The position numbers and the translations under genes were made by a program. Shown here one piece after another: positions 50,492-64,000 of a stretch of 64,000 nt of DNA. Source of the DNA: Octopus vulgaris (taxonomy: Eukaryota). Position 1 is the stretch's first letter, and every line of letters starts with the position of its first letter. A model generated the notes under the pieces. The model saw only the letters and a program-made list of their open reading frames with translations, did no database searches and was not told the origin of the DNA. The stretch lies in the NCBI GenBank assembly GCA_951406725.2, contig OX597823.1, positions 25,172,001-25,236,000 on the forward strand, written 5' to 3'.

Positions 50492-51468
50492 GACGACGAG
50501 CTCGGGGCGAACCTGGACGTCGACGAGGAGTACCTGACCCGCCTGTTCAGGACGACTTTCGGGCCAGGGCCCATGGACAACTTCCAGAGATCCCTGGCCT
50601 GGCAGTGCTACCGAGAAGCGCTACCCGTTCGGGATAAGCTCTACAGACACGGCTCGAGAAACACGGGGCCGACCTGCCCGAGATGCGGTCAGAGCGACGA
50701 AACCGTTCTGCACGCACTCGTTCAGTGTCCAACAATTTCCGACCTGTGGGCTTATGTCGAACAACTGCTGTCACGTGTGGGACGAGTCGGTTTATCAGCT
50801 GAGTCTATCGTCAATATTGTCACGCCTCCTTCCTTCAAACGGGAAGGAAGAGCTATTTTCATCATCCTTGTGGCTATGGCGAAAGAATGTATCTGGTGGA
50901 CGCGTCTGAAAGGATTGGAGACAAACACTTTCCTCTCTGGTCAATCTCTCATCAACTTCTTCAAGTACCACTTGAAAAGGAAAGTGAGAGTAGAGAGGCA
51001 AGTTTTGTCTAGCGAATGTTTTAAAAAAAGATGGGTGAATGTAGCAAGAATGGCACGTATGAATGTCGAAGCCACCTTGAGCATAGTCCTATGAACCCAG
51101 AAATCGAAAACAGAGAGTTGCTTATTTGCAAAAAAAAAAAAAAGAAATATAAAATGTGACATCATTGACCGAGGTTACCGTGGTCTTTTCCGTAGGCTTT
51201 TCTTTGCACGGGTAAACCTCACCTGTCCTCCCCTTTACACTTCATATTGACATTTCTGTGATAACGATCCCTATTGATCAATTTTTTTCCTCCCCCCTTT
51301 TTTTAACCCCCCTTTTTTTTGTCCTCTTTCTCTCCTTTTACGATCCCTTTTGATCGAAACTCCCCCTTCCTTTTTTTTTTTTTTCTCTTTCTTAAACCTT
51401 CAAAAGAAAAGCTCTACCTTGTAATTTGTTCTATCTGTGTGCAGCCCTGTGTGGCTAATAAAGAAACA
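50492..51468 (+). mobile_element. Tx1/L1-like LINE copy B (ORF2 C-terminus plus 3' UTR) in (CTAT)n(CTGT)n
   Basis: Open frame to the stop at 51094 with a zf-RVT-type CPRCGQSDETVLHALVQC motif. Both junctions lie in microsatellite. Confidence 0.9.
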
Positions 51469-51542
<74 letters not shown>

Positions 51543-51555
51543 GCTAGCTAGCTAG

Positions 51556-51586
<31 letters not shown>

Positions 51587-51688
51587 GCTAGCTATCTGTC
51601 TATCTGCCTGCCTATCTGTCTGTCATGATAAATAGACATATAGCTAGCTAGCTAGCTAGATAGTTAGATAGATAGATAGATAGATAGT

Positions 51689-51746
<58 letters not shown>

Positions 51747-51747
<1 letters not shown>

Positions 51748-52340
51748 GTTTCTTTATTGGCCACACAGGGCTTCACACAGATGGGACAAGTTACTAGGTA
51801 GAGCTTTTCTTTTGGGGGATGAAAAAAACAAAAAACAAAAGAAAAAAAGAAAGAAAAAGGGGTGGCGTAAGTTTTCGATCAAGAGGAATCGTAAAAGGGA
51901 AGAAAAGAACAAAAAAATTAAATAAATAAAATAAAAAATAAAAAGAATAATAAGAAAAGAAAAGAAAAGGAAAAGGAACAAAAGAAAAGAGAAATGAAAA
52001 AAGAAGAAAAAAGGGGGAAAAAAAAGGGGAAGAGGAAAAAAAGAACGATCAATAGGGATCGTGTATCATAGTGTTATGATATATGGTGTAAAGGGGAAAG
52101 CAAGTAAGGTTTATCCGTGGGAAGAAAAGTTACGAAAAAGACCACGGTAACCTTGGTCAATATTGTTATATGTTACCACATTTGTTTGCAAGTGGGTAAC
52201 CCTCTGTTTTCAATTTCTGGGTTCACAGGATTATGCTCAAGGTGGCTTCGTCATTCATACGTGCCATCCTTGCTACATTCACCCATCTTTTTTTAAAACA
52301 TTCGCTAGACAAAACTTGCCTCTCTACTCTCACTTTCTTT
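51747..52340 (-). mobile_element. Tx1/L1-like LINE copy C in (GATA)n
   Basis: Reverse complement of the ORF2 end and 3' UTR, flanked on both sides by (GATA)n. The empty paralogous site is at about 47800-47841. Confidence 0.9.
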
Positions 52341-52811
52341 AGATAGATAGGTGGATTACTGGGAAGATGTCCATAAGTAAGAGAGGAATGCATTGGACGC
52401 GATCATATTACGCAAATGAACTGAGAGAGTGACAGAACATGAAAGATATTAATTGAAGTGGTTAGTAGAGACAATACTGTTGGTACAGACAAAGATGTTT
52501 CCTAGTTGAAGATGTATTGGGGACTTCAGATGGAAAGAACCCACGGCAAAAAAATATATAAAAAAAAATTGTTTAGCCTGAAATCAGGCCTGATCGAGCA
52601 ATGAGATCCAATATTGAAAGCAATCCATCCATGACAATCACCTTTGTTTTCAGGTATAGTGGAGAAAAACCTAAAATAAATGATGTTATAGGAGATTTTA
52701 TTGCTATTTCTAGCAGTTCGTACAACATTATACAGGCTCTATTTTTGGCTCATGAGGAGATTTGTTACGGAAGAAATGATAACTTTGAGGCGAATGGTAA
52801 TATGCAGTACA

Positions 52812-53210
52812 TCTTTATATATAAAAGTCAAGTTGTGTGTCTGTCTCCTACGATTTAGATTCCTAACTACTCCCACATTTTGCGGTGCAGTTTAACCAAA
52901 ATCGGGTATCTTATAGTTGTAATTCATATCGAGCCCTTCTGGGCATTAGCGCGCGTCTACGATGAGTCTACGATTTAAAAAAAAAATTAACCATCAATTT
53001 TTTTCCATTGTAATGCATTTTTTTCGCAATTATATAAGGGAAGTAACTCTCTAAAAATGTCTACGATCAATCAACGATTAAAAAAAAAATTACCATAGTT
53101 TATTTTCCATTTTTAATGCATTTTTTGCTATAATTTGGCTATAAGTCTCTAAAAATGCATATATAGTTATTTCCCTTACAAATCCGAGCAACGCCGGGCG
53201 ATACAGCTTG
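52812..53210 (+). mobile_element. Non-autonomous Helitron with an empty-site paralog
   Basis: gcagtacA|TC...hairpin...CTTG|Ttcaatct. The paralog at 48313-48330 reads gcagtacattcaatct, so insertion was between A and T with no TSD. Confidence 0.9.
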
Positions 53211-54165
53211 TTCAATCTAAATTAATATGAAACGGTTCTAATCTAAGGGAAATAAATCCTATAAACGGGAGGTAACTCGGTCTAATCGTAACATTTTCCG
53301 ATGCTTTACAGCAAATTTCAAGCGAAGTGCATTGAGGTTACGAGTCATAGAAAATCTTCTTAAAGAAGTTAACGAGGCATATGTAATGAATGATTCAGAC
53401 GGAGTTTATCTATACATGACACTCAGTGTTATTAACATGTCATATAATGAATGAAATGACAAAACAGTTCTGTTTCCTAAAACTGCTTTTTCAAAGTAAA
53501 AACCAGGTAAGCAATTTAAGCTATTATACGTTAAAAGCTTTTAATATTTCGTCCGCGTATTTGTCTGGAAATTCATTTGAAATGAGATCGTGGTGTGTCG
53601 AAACTAGAAAAAAAAACAGAAGAAAAGAAACAAAACAAAAAAGATGTATTCTGAAAATATTTCATTTTGCATTTTCGTATTTTATTACATAGTAGGAATA
53701 GAGTGGAATTTCCACGGATATTTTGAAAATTGTAAGATGTAATTCGATATTTTTCTGAACTATTTGACGTTTGAGATTGCATAAAAGACAACATAGATAA
53801 AAGTAAAGGTGGAATCCGAAGAAACAAGGTCTCTATACTTTCTATATTCTAGTGTGTTTTACTTTGTAAGTTTTATCTATCAATTTTCGCTTTAGGTAAA
53901 GAAGTAACCTATCTTTAAAAGAGAATGACATTGAAAATATTATTTATAATATTCTCTAACTGTATGTTGCTAAAGCTTTTACAGAACTGTGTACATTTAT
54001 TTGATGAAAAAACCCCTCTAAAAACACCGTACTTAAAACGTTGTCACTTTCTCTTTACGTCAATTGTCGTCCATATTTGTCTATTTGAGCAGACGACAAT
54101 TGATTGTGCAAACGCGCATGCGTTAAATGATAGCCGATGTTACTATTACTATTAGCATCCCATTC

Positions 54166-54288
<123 letters not shown>

Positions 54289-55209
54289 TTCCTGTTCTGT
54301 CACTCGGAGTTTATCTATACATGACACTCAGTGTTGTTAACTTGATATATAATGTATGAAATGACAAAACAGTTTTGCTTCCTAAAACTACTTTTTCAAA
54401 ATAGAATTCAGGTAAGCAATTTTAACTTTTATACGTTAAAAACTAAATATTTCTTTTTAGCGCATTTAAATATTTGTTTTGTTGACAATTCACTTGGTAT
54501 GAGATTGTGGTGTGTTGAAGCTAAAGGAAAAAAAATGTATCGTGGTAGTATTTTCTTTGATATTTTATTACATAGTAGGAATAGAGTGGAATTTCCACGG
54601 ATATTTTGGAAATTGTAAGATGAAATTCTATATTTTTCTGAACTATTTGAGTTTTGAGATTGTATAAAAGACAACATAGATAGAACTAAAGGAGAAATCT
54701 GAACGAGGCATATCTAATGAATGTTTCAGACGGAGTTTATCTATACATGGCAATCAGAGTTATTAACATGTCATATAATGTATGTAGATAGAACTAAAGG
54801 AGAAATCTGAAGAAACAATGTTTCTGACTGCTATATTCTAGCATGTTTTGTGAGTTTTATCTATCATTTTTCACTTTATGTAAAGAAGTAAGCAATCTTA
54901 AAACTTGAACAATATTGAAAATATCATTTATCGCAATATTCAGTAACTGTATGCTAGTAAAGTTTTTACAGAATTTTGTACGGTTACTTGAAAGAAAAAC
55001 AAATGACAAAAAATCGTAATAACACCGTACTTAAAACCTTGCCACTTTTTCTCTTACGTCAGCTGTTGTCCCTTTTTGACTATTTGAGCAGACGACAATC
55101 GATTGTGCTAACGCGCATGCGTTAAATATAAAAGGTAATGAAGAAGTAAACCATTCTTTTCGCTGGTCGTAACCAAATAATCTCTGCTAATATCACCACC
55201 ACCATCACT

Positions 55210-56847
55210 GAGCGTGCCTGCATACGTGGACGACGTCACTGTCATAGTGTCTAGCCACGAGCTCATCGAGCAGGTCGGCGAGACACTGAAAGACTACGAA
55301 GCGGTGACAGGAGCGAAAATCAACCGGGAAAAGTCAGTGGGCTTGCGACTAGGCACCTGGTGAAGCAAGCCCATGCCGTCCACCAGCGCCTCCGTCGTGG
55401 GACGCATGACCGACGGCCCGGACGATTTGCTCGGGGTCTGGTTTGGTCCGGACCTCCAAGTGGAGAAGAACTGGAACGAGTTAACGAGTAGGGTGGTCAC
55501 TCTCGCTCGGCAATGAGCCGAGAGGAAACTGTCCCTAAAAGGTCAGGCGGAGGTGGCAAACACGTACATCGCATCCGTCATCTACTACCGCCTGACCGTC
55601 GTGCCTTGTCTCGACCCTACCATCACCAAACTAGAACGCATTCTCTTTCGCTTCTTGTGGAAAGGATGCGTCCCGATGGTCAGGCGATCCATTTGCTGTC
55701 AACACCCGTTAAAAGGAGGACTGGGCATGCCGTGGTTGATGATGCGCAGACACGCGCTGAGACTGCGACATCTCAGGCTCTACGTAGACGACGGTGAACA
55801 GGTGTGGTCGCCGTTTGTGAGGCACGCTTTCCCGCAGCTCGTCTCCATGCCCGAACTGCAGTCGTGGATCAAAAAGAGGACTCCATCACAACCAAAGCAT
55901 TCTATAGGGGATTAGTGGAGGGGAGGTACGACGACGATCTTGCGGCGAACCTGGACGTCGACTCGGAATACCTAACCCGCCTGTTCGGGACGACTTTCCG
56001 GCGAGGGCCCATGGACAACTTCCAGAGATCCCTGGCCTGACAGTGCTACCGAGAAGCGCTACCCGTTCGGGATAAGCTCTACAGACACGGCTCGAGAAAC
56101 ACTGGGCCGACCTGCTCGAGATGCGGTCAGAGCGACGAAACCGTTCTGCACGCACTCGTGCAGTGTCCAACAATTTCGGACCTGTGGGCTTATGTCGAAC
56201 AACTGCTGTCACGTGTGGGACGAGTCGGTTTATCAGCTGAGTCTATTGTGAATATTGTCACGCCTCCTTCCTTCAAACGGGAAGGAAGAGCTATTTTTAT
56301 CATCCTTGTGGATATGGCGAAAGAATGTATCTGGTGGACGCGTCTGAAAGGTCTAGAGACAAACACTTTCCTCTCTGGTCAATCTCTCACCAACTTCTTC
56401 AAGTATCACCTGAAGAGAAAGGTGAGGGTAGAGAAGGAAGGTTTGTCTAGTGAATGTTTCAAATAAAGATGGGTGAAAGTAGCAAGGATGGCACGTGTGA
56501 ATGACGGAGCCAGCTTGAGCATAATCCTAGGACCCCCCCCCCAAAAAAAAGAAAAGAGGAAAAAAGAGAGACTCTGCAATGTGTTTTTTTTTTTGCATGA
56601 CATTATTGCCCAAGGTTATGGTGGTCTTTTCCGTAGGCTTTTCTTTCCACGGATAAATCTAATCTGTTTTCCATTTTTACATTGACATTTCTGTGATACA
56701 CGATCCCTATTGATCGGCTATTTTTTTTCGAAGATCCATTTTGATCGAAATTCGACCCACTTTTTTTTCTCTTCTTCCCAAAAAGAAAAGCTCTACTTTG
56801 TATTTTGTCCCCTCTGTGTTCAGCCCTGTGTGACCAATAAAGAAACA
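55210..56847 (+). mobile_element. Tx1/L1-like LINE copy D (RT C-terminal half, zf-RVT, 3' UTR), disrupted
   Basis: Starts at AYVDDVTVIV (YADD box), then KINREKSVGLRLGTW, LGVWFGPDLQVEKNW and RKLSLKG. Contains stops and an internal deletion at about 55880. Ends AATAAAGAAAca-TATC. Confidence 0.9.
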
Positions 56848-56932
<85 letters not shown>

Positions 56933-57012
56933 GTCTGTCTGTTTGTGTATGTGTGTGTGTGTATGTGTGTGTGTGTGTATGTGTGTGTGTGTGTGTGCAT
57001 GTCTGTTTGTTT

Positions 57013-57046
<34 letters not shown>

Positions 57047-58958
57047 TGTGTGTCTGTGTGTCTGCTTACGTATCGAACTACATAACTGTTTGCCTGCCTA
57101 CATGTCTACGGCTACTGTACGTTGGTAAAATTTTCACAAATACGCCAGTGAAAAAAAAAAAGGGGTAAATAAAATGAATTAATCAAAATAGATCCGTAAT
57201 CATTCTTTCTCTTGATGTGTTTCTCTTGCGTGCCTACATATCTAAGGCTAAAGTAAGCTGGTAAAGTTTGTTCAATACGGCTGTGAAAATTAAATAAATA
57301 CATAAGTTAATTAATTAAAATAAGTTAATTAACTAAAATGTGCCCGTACTCACGCTTTCTCTTGACGTTTAATGTTAACAATATGTTATAAACAAATGAA
57401 TATAAGTTACGATTGAGCAGACGACGATTAATTGCATGAACGTACATGCATTAAATGAAGGGCAATATTTAAAGATAGTACCTTTTCACTGACCAATCAC
57501 TATCTAGGCATCTTAAGCTTGTATGTGGGCGACTGGTTTACTAGGAAGAGCATCCACATAATCCTCTGATTACAGATGAAGTCTTAAAAAATACATCACA
57601 TATAATCCCAGACACGCCATTTGATAAACATGATCATAAAGTTGTTTTCTCAGAGGTGACAAGGGGTAGAAAATGGCAGCTGTTTCTTTCCCAACAGAAA
57701 AAGACAAATCTATGTTGAAACATTTAAACAAATATAAAGGAAATCATACGTGGGTTAACGGGAAGATGTCCAGAAGTAAGAGGGCAATGCATTGGATACG
57801 ATCATATTACACAAATGAACTGAGAGAGTGACAGAACATGAAAGATATTAACTAAAATGGCTAGCGGAGACAATATTGTTACTACAGATAAAGATGGGTG
57901 TTAGTTAAAGATGCATTGGTGGAAAGAATCCACGGCAATGAAATATAAAAAAAAAAAGCAGTTCTTTAGTTTGAAGTCATACCTGATCGAGCGATGAGAT
58001 CCAATATGAAAGGCAATTCATTCATGACAATCACCTTTGTTTTCAGGTATAGTGTACTTTGGAGAAAATCCTAAAATAAATGATGTAATGTTAAGGGAGA
58101 TTTCATTGCTATTTCTAGCATTTTGTGCAAAATTATACCGGCTCTATTTTTGGCTCATGGGGAGATTTGTTACGAGAGATATGAGGAAGAAATGGTGATG
58201 TTAGCTTTCAGGATGTTGTTAATCACAAAAGAGATGACAAAAGATGAGGGGCGAATGGTAATATATAATACGTTCAATCTGAATCAGAATGAAATGGTTC
58301 TGGTCTAAGGGAAATAAATCCTACGCACGGGAGGCAACTGGGTCCAATCGTAACATTTTCCGATGCTTTACAGCATATTTCAAGCGAAGTGCGTTGAGGT
58401 TACGAGGCATAGAAAATCTTCTTAAAGGAGTTAACGAGGCATATGTAACGAATGCTTCAGACGGAGTTTATCTATACATGACACTCAGTGTTATTAACAT
58501 GTTATATAATGTATGTAGATAGAACTAAAGGAGAAATCTGAAGAAACAATGTTTCTGATTGCTATATTCTAGCATGTTTTACTTTGTGAGTTTTATCTAT
58601 CATTTTTCACTTTATGTAAAGAAGTAAGCAATCTTAAAACTCGAACAATATTGAAAATATCATTTATCGCAATATTCAGTAACTGTATGCAAGTAAAGTT
58701 TTTACAGAATTTTGTACGGCTTTTTGAAAGAAAAACAAATGAAAAAAAAATCGTAATAACACCGTACTTAAAACCTTTCCACCTTTTCTCTTAACGTCAG
58801 CTGTTGTCCATATTTGAGTATTTGAGCAGACGACAATCGATTGTGCTAACGCGCATGCGTTAAATATAAAAAATAATGAAAAAATAAACCATTCTTTTCG
58901 CTGTCCAAATACTACGTCCGTAACCAAATAATCTCTGCTAATATCACCACCACCATCA

Positions 58959-59038
<80 letters not shown>

Positions 59039-59049
59039 TTATCTATCTA

Positions 59050-59130
<81 letters not shown>

Positions 59131-59160
59131 GTATCTGTCTTTCTGTCTGTCTGTCTGTCT

Positions 59161-60721
59161 GCCTTGCGGCTCGGTACCTGGAGAAGCAAGCCCATGCCAT
59201 CCACCAGCACCCCCGTCGTGGGACGCTGGACCGACGGTCCGGTCGAGTTGCTCGGGGTCTAGTTTGGTCCGGACTTCAAACGGAGGAGAACTGGAACAAG
59301 ATAACGAGTAGGGTGGTCACTCTCGCCCGGCAATGGGCCGAGAGGAAACTGTCCCTAAAAGGTCGGACGGAGGTGGCGAACACGTACATCGCGTCCGTCA
59401 TCTACTACCGCCTGACCGTCGTGCCTCGTCCTGACCCTACCATTACCAAACTAGAACGCATTCCCTTTCGCTTCCATTTGCTGTCAACACCCGTTAAAAG
59501 GAGGACTGGGCATGCTGTGGATGATGATGCGCAGACTCGCGCTGAGACTGCAACATCTCAGGCTGTACGTAGACGGTAGTGAACAGGTGTGGTCGCCGTT
59601 TGTGAGGCACGCTTTCCCGCAGCTCGTCTCTATTACCGAACTGCAGTCGTGGATTAAAAACTCGCCGAGGAAGGGCGAATGGCATCGCGAGTGTCGCGTT
59701 GCTCTCAAGCAACTATGCCGTCCCGGGTCGACCTTGAGTGACTTCAACACAACCAAAGCATTCTATAGGGGATTAGTGGAGGGGAGGTACGACGACGAGC
59801 TCGGGGCGAACCTGGACGTCGACTCGGAATACCTAACCCGCCTGTTCAGGACGATTTTCAGGCCAGGGCCCATGGACAACTTCCAGCGATCCCTGGCCTG
59901 GCAGTGCTACCGAGAAGCGCTACCTGTTCGGGATAAGCTCTACAGACACGGCTCGAGAAACACGGGGTCGACCTGCCCGAGATGCGGTCAGAGCGACGAA
60001 ACCATTCTGCACGCACTCGTGCAGTGTCCAACAATTTCGGACCTGTGGGCTTATGTCAAACGACTGCTGTCACGTGTGGGACGAGTCGGTTTATCAACCG
60101 AGTCTATCGTGAATATTGTCACACCTCCTTCCTTCAAACGGGAAGGAAGAGCTATTTTCATCATTCTTGTGGCTATGGTGAAAGAATGTATCTGGTGGAC
60201 GCGTCTGAAAGGATTGGAGACAAACACTTTTCTCTCTGGTCAATCTCTCAACCTCTTCAAGTATCACTTGAAAAGGAAAGTGAGAGTAGAGAGGCAAGTT
60301 TTATCTAACGAATGTTTAAAAAAAAGATGGGTGAATGTAGCAAGGATGGCACGTATGAATGACGAAGCCACCTTGAGCATCATCCTATGAACCCGGAAAA
60401 ATTTAAAACATAGGGTTACCTACTTGCAGACACATGTGGTAACATGTAATATTATTGACCGAGGTTACGGTGGTATTTTCCGTAGGCTTTTCTTTCTACG
60501 AATAAACCTTATTTGCTTCTCCCTTTACATTTTACATCATGGCATTTCTGTGATACACGATCCCTATTGATCGTTTTTTTTCTTTTTTTCTTTTTTTTCT
60601 TTCCCTTTTACGACCCCTTTTGATCTAAACCTGCCACACTTTTTTTTCTCCCCAAAAAGAAAAGGTCTACTTTGTAATCCGTCCCGTCAGTGTGCAGCCC
60701 TGTGTGGCTAATACTGAAACA
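59161..60721 (+). mobile_element. Tx1/L1-like LINE copy E
   Basis: ORFs 59313-59579 and 59512-60390 (292 aa, CPRC...H...C motif). 5' junction in (CTGT)n, 3' junction in (TATC)n. Confidence 0.9.
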
Positions 60722-60808
<87 letters not shown>

Positions 60809-60866
60809 TTATCTATCTGTCTGTCTGTTTGTGTATGTGTGTGTGTGTGTGTGTGTGTCTGCATGT

Positions 60867-60907
<41 letters not shown>

Positions 60908-62422
60908 TCTGTGTGTGTGTGTGTGTGTGTGTGTGTACGTCTGTGTGTCTGCTTACGTATCGAACTACATAACTGCTTGCCTGCCTACATGTTTACGGCT
61001 ACTGTACGTTGGTAAAGTTTTTACAAATATGGCAGGGGAAAAAAAAAGAAGAGCAAATAAATAAATTAATCAAAATACACCCGTGATCATCCTTTCTCTT
61101 GACGTCTTTCTCTTGCGTGCCTACATATCTATGGCTATAGTAAGTTGGTAAAGTTTGTACAATACGGCTGTGAAAAAATGAATAAGTAAATACTTAAATA
61201 AGTTAATTAATTAACTAAAATGTACCCGTACTCACTCTTTCTCTTGACGTTTAATGTTGACCATATGTTATAAATAAATGAATATAAGTTACGAGTGAGC
61301 AGAGGACAATTTATTGCATGAATGCACATGCATTAAGTGATGGGCAACATTTAAAAAAAAGTACCCTTTCGCTGACCAATCACTAACTATGCATCCTTAA
61401 GCCAATACAACCACCGTCCGTCCGTCTGCTCATCCTCCCTTTCCTCCATCAACCAGCCACTGCCTTCTTGACTAAAGGTTTTTAAAAAATCCACAAGAAA
61501 TGCAGTGTGGTGTATAGTGAACTAACAAAGTGAGGACATCATATGAAGGTGATAGTTACACAGAAACAGTTGTAAGTCGAAGCATCAATGAAATGAAGTA
61601 CATGTACTGCTTTAAGTATTCACCGAACATAATGGTTTTACGTAGCTGTAGAGAATACATAAAATTTGGTGTAATGAAGGAGAGTCGTGTCTGGTAGCAA
61701 TTGACGCTTGTATGTGGGCGACTGCTATATTAGGAAGAGCATCCACATAATCCTCTAATTACAGATGAAATCTTAAAGAAACACATCTCATATAATCCAA
61801 GACACGCCATTTGATAAACACGATCATAAGGCTGATTTTTCAGGGTTGACAGTGGTTAGAAAATGGCAACTGTTTCTTTCTCAACAGAAAAGACAGGTCT
61901 ATCATGAAACATTTTCAAAAATATGGTAGGAAACAGGAGTGATGAATGACAAGTGGTAAGAGAGGAATGCGTTGGATAGGATCATATTACATAACTCAAC
62001 TGAGTGAGTGACAGAACATGAAAGATATTAATTGAAGTGGTTAGTAGAAACAATACTGTTGGTACAGACATATATGTGATATAATCAAAGATGGTGTTGA
62101 TTAAAATGTGTTGCAAGCTGAAGGTGGGAAGTATGTAAGGCAGAGGAATATGAAGAAAAGCGTTGCAGTTGTTTCGCATGAAGTTGGCCCAGATCGAAGA
62201 ATGAGTTTTCATATTGAAAGCATTCTATCCACGGCAATCACTATTGTTGTCAGGTATAGAATACTTTGGTGAAAATCTCCGAGCAAATTAATAACGTCTT
62301 TATTTAGAGTATAATTTATGGGAGATTTAACTGCTATTTCTAGCATGTCGTGCGACAACATAGAGTCCCTATTTCTGCTCCGTGAGGGACACTTTTTCAA
62401 AGAAGATCTAAGGATGTTGACT

Positions 62423-62820
62423 GTAGTTTTGTCCGTCAATGCGATGAAGACCATCTAGTCATCCTTGGGTGGGGGTGGGATTGTTTAGTGAGGCCAATCT
62501 GCGCCCGAAAGAGTCTTTGACAGTGTGGACAGGGAATGGTAGCGCCTGCTACCGGGTTGTTAGCTCTGTTCTTCCTGGCTTGTCTGCGGTATTTTGCAGC
62601 AGCGATCCTATTGGTCTCGCATGTGTTGGCACCCTTGTGGACAGCTGATCGCCACCCTTCTCTGTCTAGAGCAGACTGCTCCCAAGTGTCATGGTCGATG
62701 TTGAAGGCTTTCAGTGAGGCTTTCAGTGTGTTCTTAAAGCACTTCTTCTGGCTGCCTTGTGAGCGCTTTCCCTTTTGCAGCTCGCTAAAGAGCAATCATT
62801 TTGGTAATCGATCGTCTGAC
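62423..62820 (-). mobile_element. RTE-clade LINE 3' fragment with 9-bp TSD
   Basis: ORF 62436-62795 reads ELQKGKRSQGSQKKCFKNTLK...WEQSALDREGWR...CPHCQRLFRAQIGL. TSD atgttgact at 62414-62422 and 62821-62829. Confidence 0.9.
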
Positions 62821-63677
62821 ATGTTGACTACTATGAAGATGGCGATGTAAGCTTTCAGGATGCTGGTCATCACAATAGAAATGACAAAGGAGAAGAAAAG
62901 AATAGTAATATGATAAACAATCCAATCTAAAATGAGATGGTTCTGATGTAAGGGAAATTATTTCAGAGGCACGGGAGGTAAATCTGTTTAATCGTAATAT
63001 TTTTCGAAGCATATTTCAAGCTTAGTGCATTGAGACTAGACATTGAAAATCTTCTTGAAGAGATTAACGAAGTATACAAAATTAATGTATCAGACGGAAT
63101 TTAGCTGTAAATGAAATCCAGTCATATAACTTATGAAACGACATAAAACAGTTTTGTTCCCTAATAGCTATTTCATATATAAAACCATGCAAGCTATTTT
63201 AGCTGTTATATTTAGATATGGACCAAAGTCGAATATTCCAGACAAAGTCTCTCCACAATTGTGTGTTTGTTTTTCAGCTGCTAATTTGAAGAGAGGGTGC
63301 AACTTTTTCTGTAATTCTCTGTATATTAAAGCTTGTGTTCCTGTCCATTGTCAAAAGAGATGAACATCTTCACAGCCATAATATCCTCCTACCAATACAC
63401 CAGTTTAGCTATTACTGCGTTGCAAATTTTAAATATCTCTCTAGTGTATTTGTCTGACAAAGCAATTCATATGAAATCATATTGAATTAAATCTAAAAGA
63501 AGAATTTTAAAAAATTAAGAAGTAAATGTATCATGGTGGAAGTCTGTTTGCTATTTTGTAAACTGTTAAATAGTTAACACAAATGTATCATATATTTTCT
63601 ATAAATTATGCAACTGCAGATTGCGAAGGAATAAAAAAAACAATCATGCAATGCTTATCTTGCTTTATTATGTAAAC

Positions 63678-63708
63678 ATACATACATATATACATATATA
63701 TACATACA

Positions 63709-63784
<76 letters not shown>
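63678..63784. repeat. (TACA)n(TA)n microsatellite
   Basis: Direct reading. Confidence 0.95.
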
Positions 63785-63789
<5 letters not shown>

Positions 63790-64000
63790 GTGAATGAATT
63801 ATCCTATGTTTATCGTCAGCATGGAAAATTTGTTTAACCGAAACCTGGGTAGCAAATTCACGTCAGAAACACGGTTGAAGCGACCTGTCCAAGGGTAGAA
63901 ACTCCGGGTTCATGTGCAGAAATTTGTGTGTTGTATATGAATAAATGAAAGAATGGAGTCGAACGAAGATCTTAGCAAAATTCAACGTACCCTTCCCTCT

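Noticed and set aside
61982-62212. Hydrophobic minus-strand ORF resembling a receptor transmembrane segment
   Set aside because: No GPCR or ligand-gated channel motif. It is the antisense of the purine-rich duplicated unit and is not open over the same length in paralogs.

Overview
AT-rich, repeat-dense eukaryotic DNA. The repeat repertoire (tRNA-SINEs with CR1/RTE tails, Penelope-type fold-backs, long (TA)n/(CA)n/(CTAT)n tracts) looks like an octopus or other cephalopod genome; this is an inference. Only one intact protein-coding gene is recognisable: an intronless, diverged kinesin light chain (32520-33971, +). It lies inside a visibly CpG-poor domain (about 17.3-47.6 kb). The rest is transposon-derived: Merlin-like, piggyBac-like, hAT-like and mariner MITEs, dead maT and mariner transposases, RTE and CR1 LINE fragments, non-autonomous Helitrons, and Penelope-like relics with hammerhead-like motifs. 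Main observations: (1) five independently 5'-truncated copies of an L1/Tx1-clade retrotransposon all sit in (CTAT)n/(GATA)n microsatellites in the same orientation and 3' register, with empty paralogous sites in the window, which points to a GATA-repeat-targeting site-specific LINE; (2) an ORF1-only (HAL1-like) element ends in a similar 3' terminus; (3) a tandem segmental-duplication array at 47-63 kb includes an inverted block flanked by inverted repeats and possibly a decayed coding sequence. All alignments were done by eye and no database searches were run.
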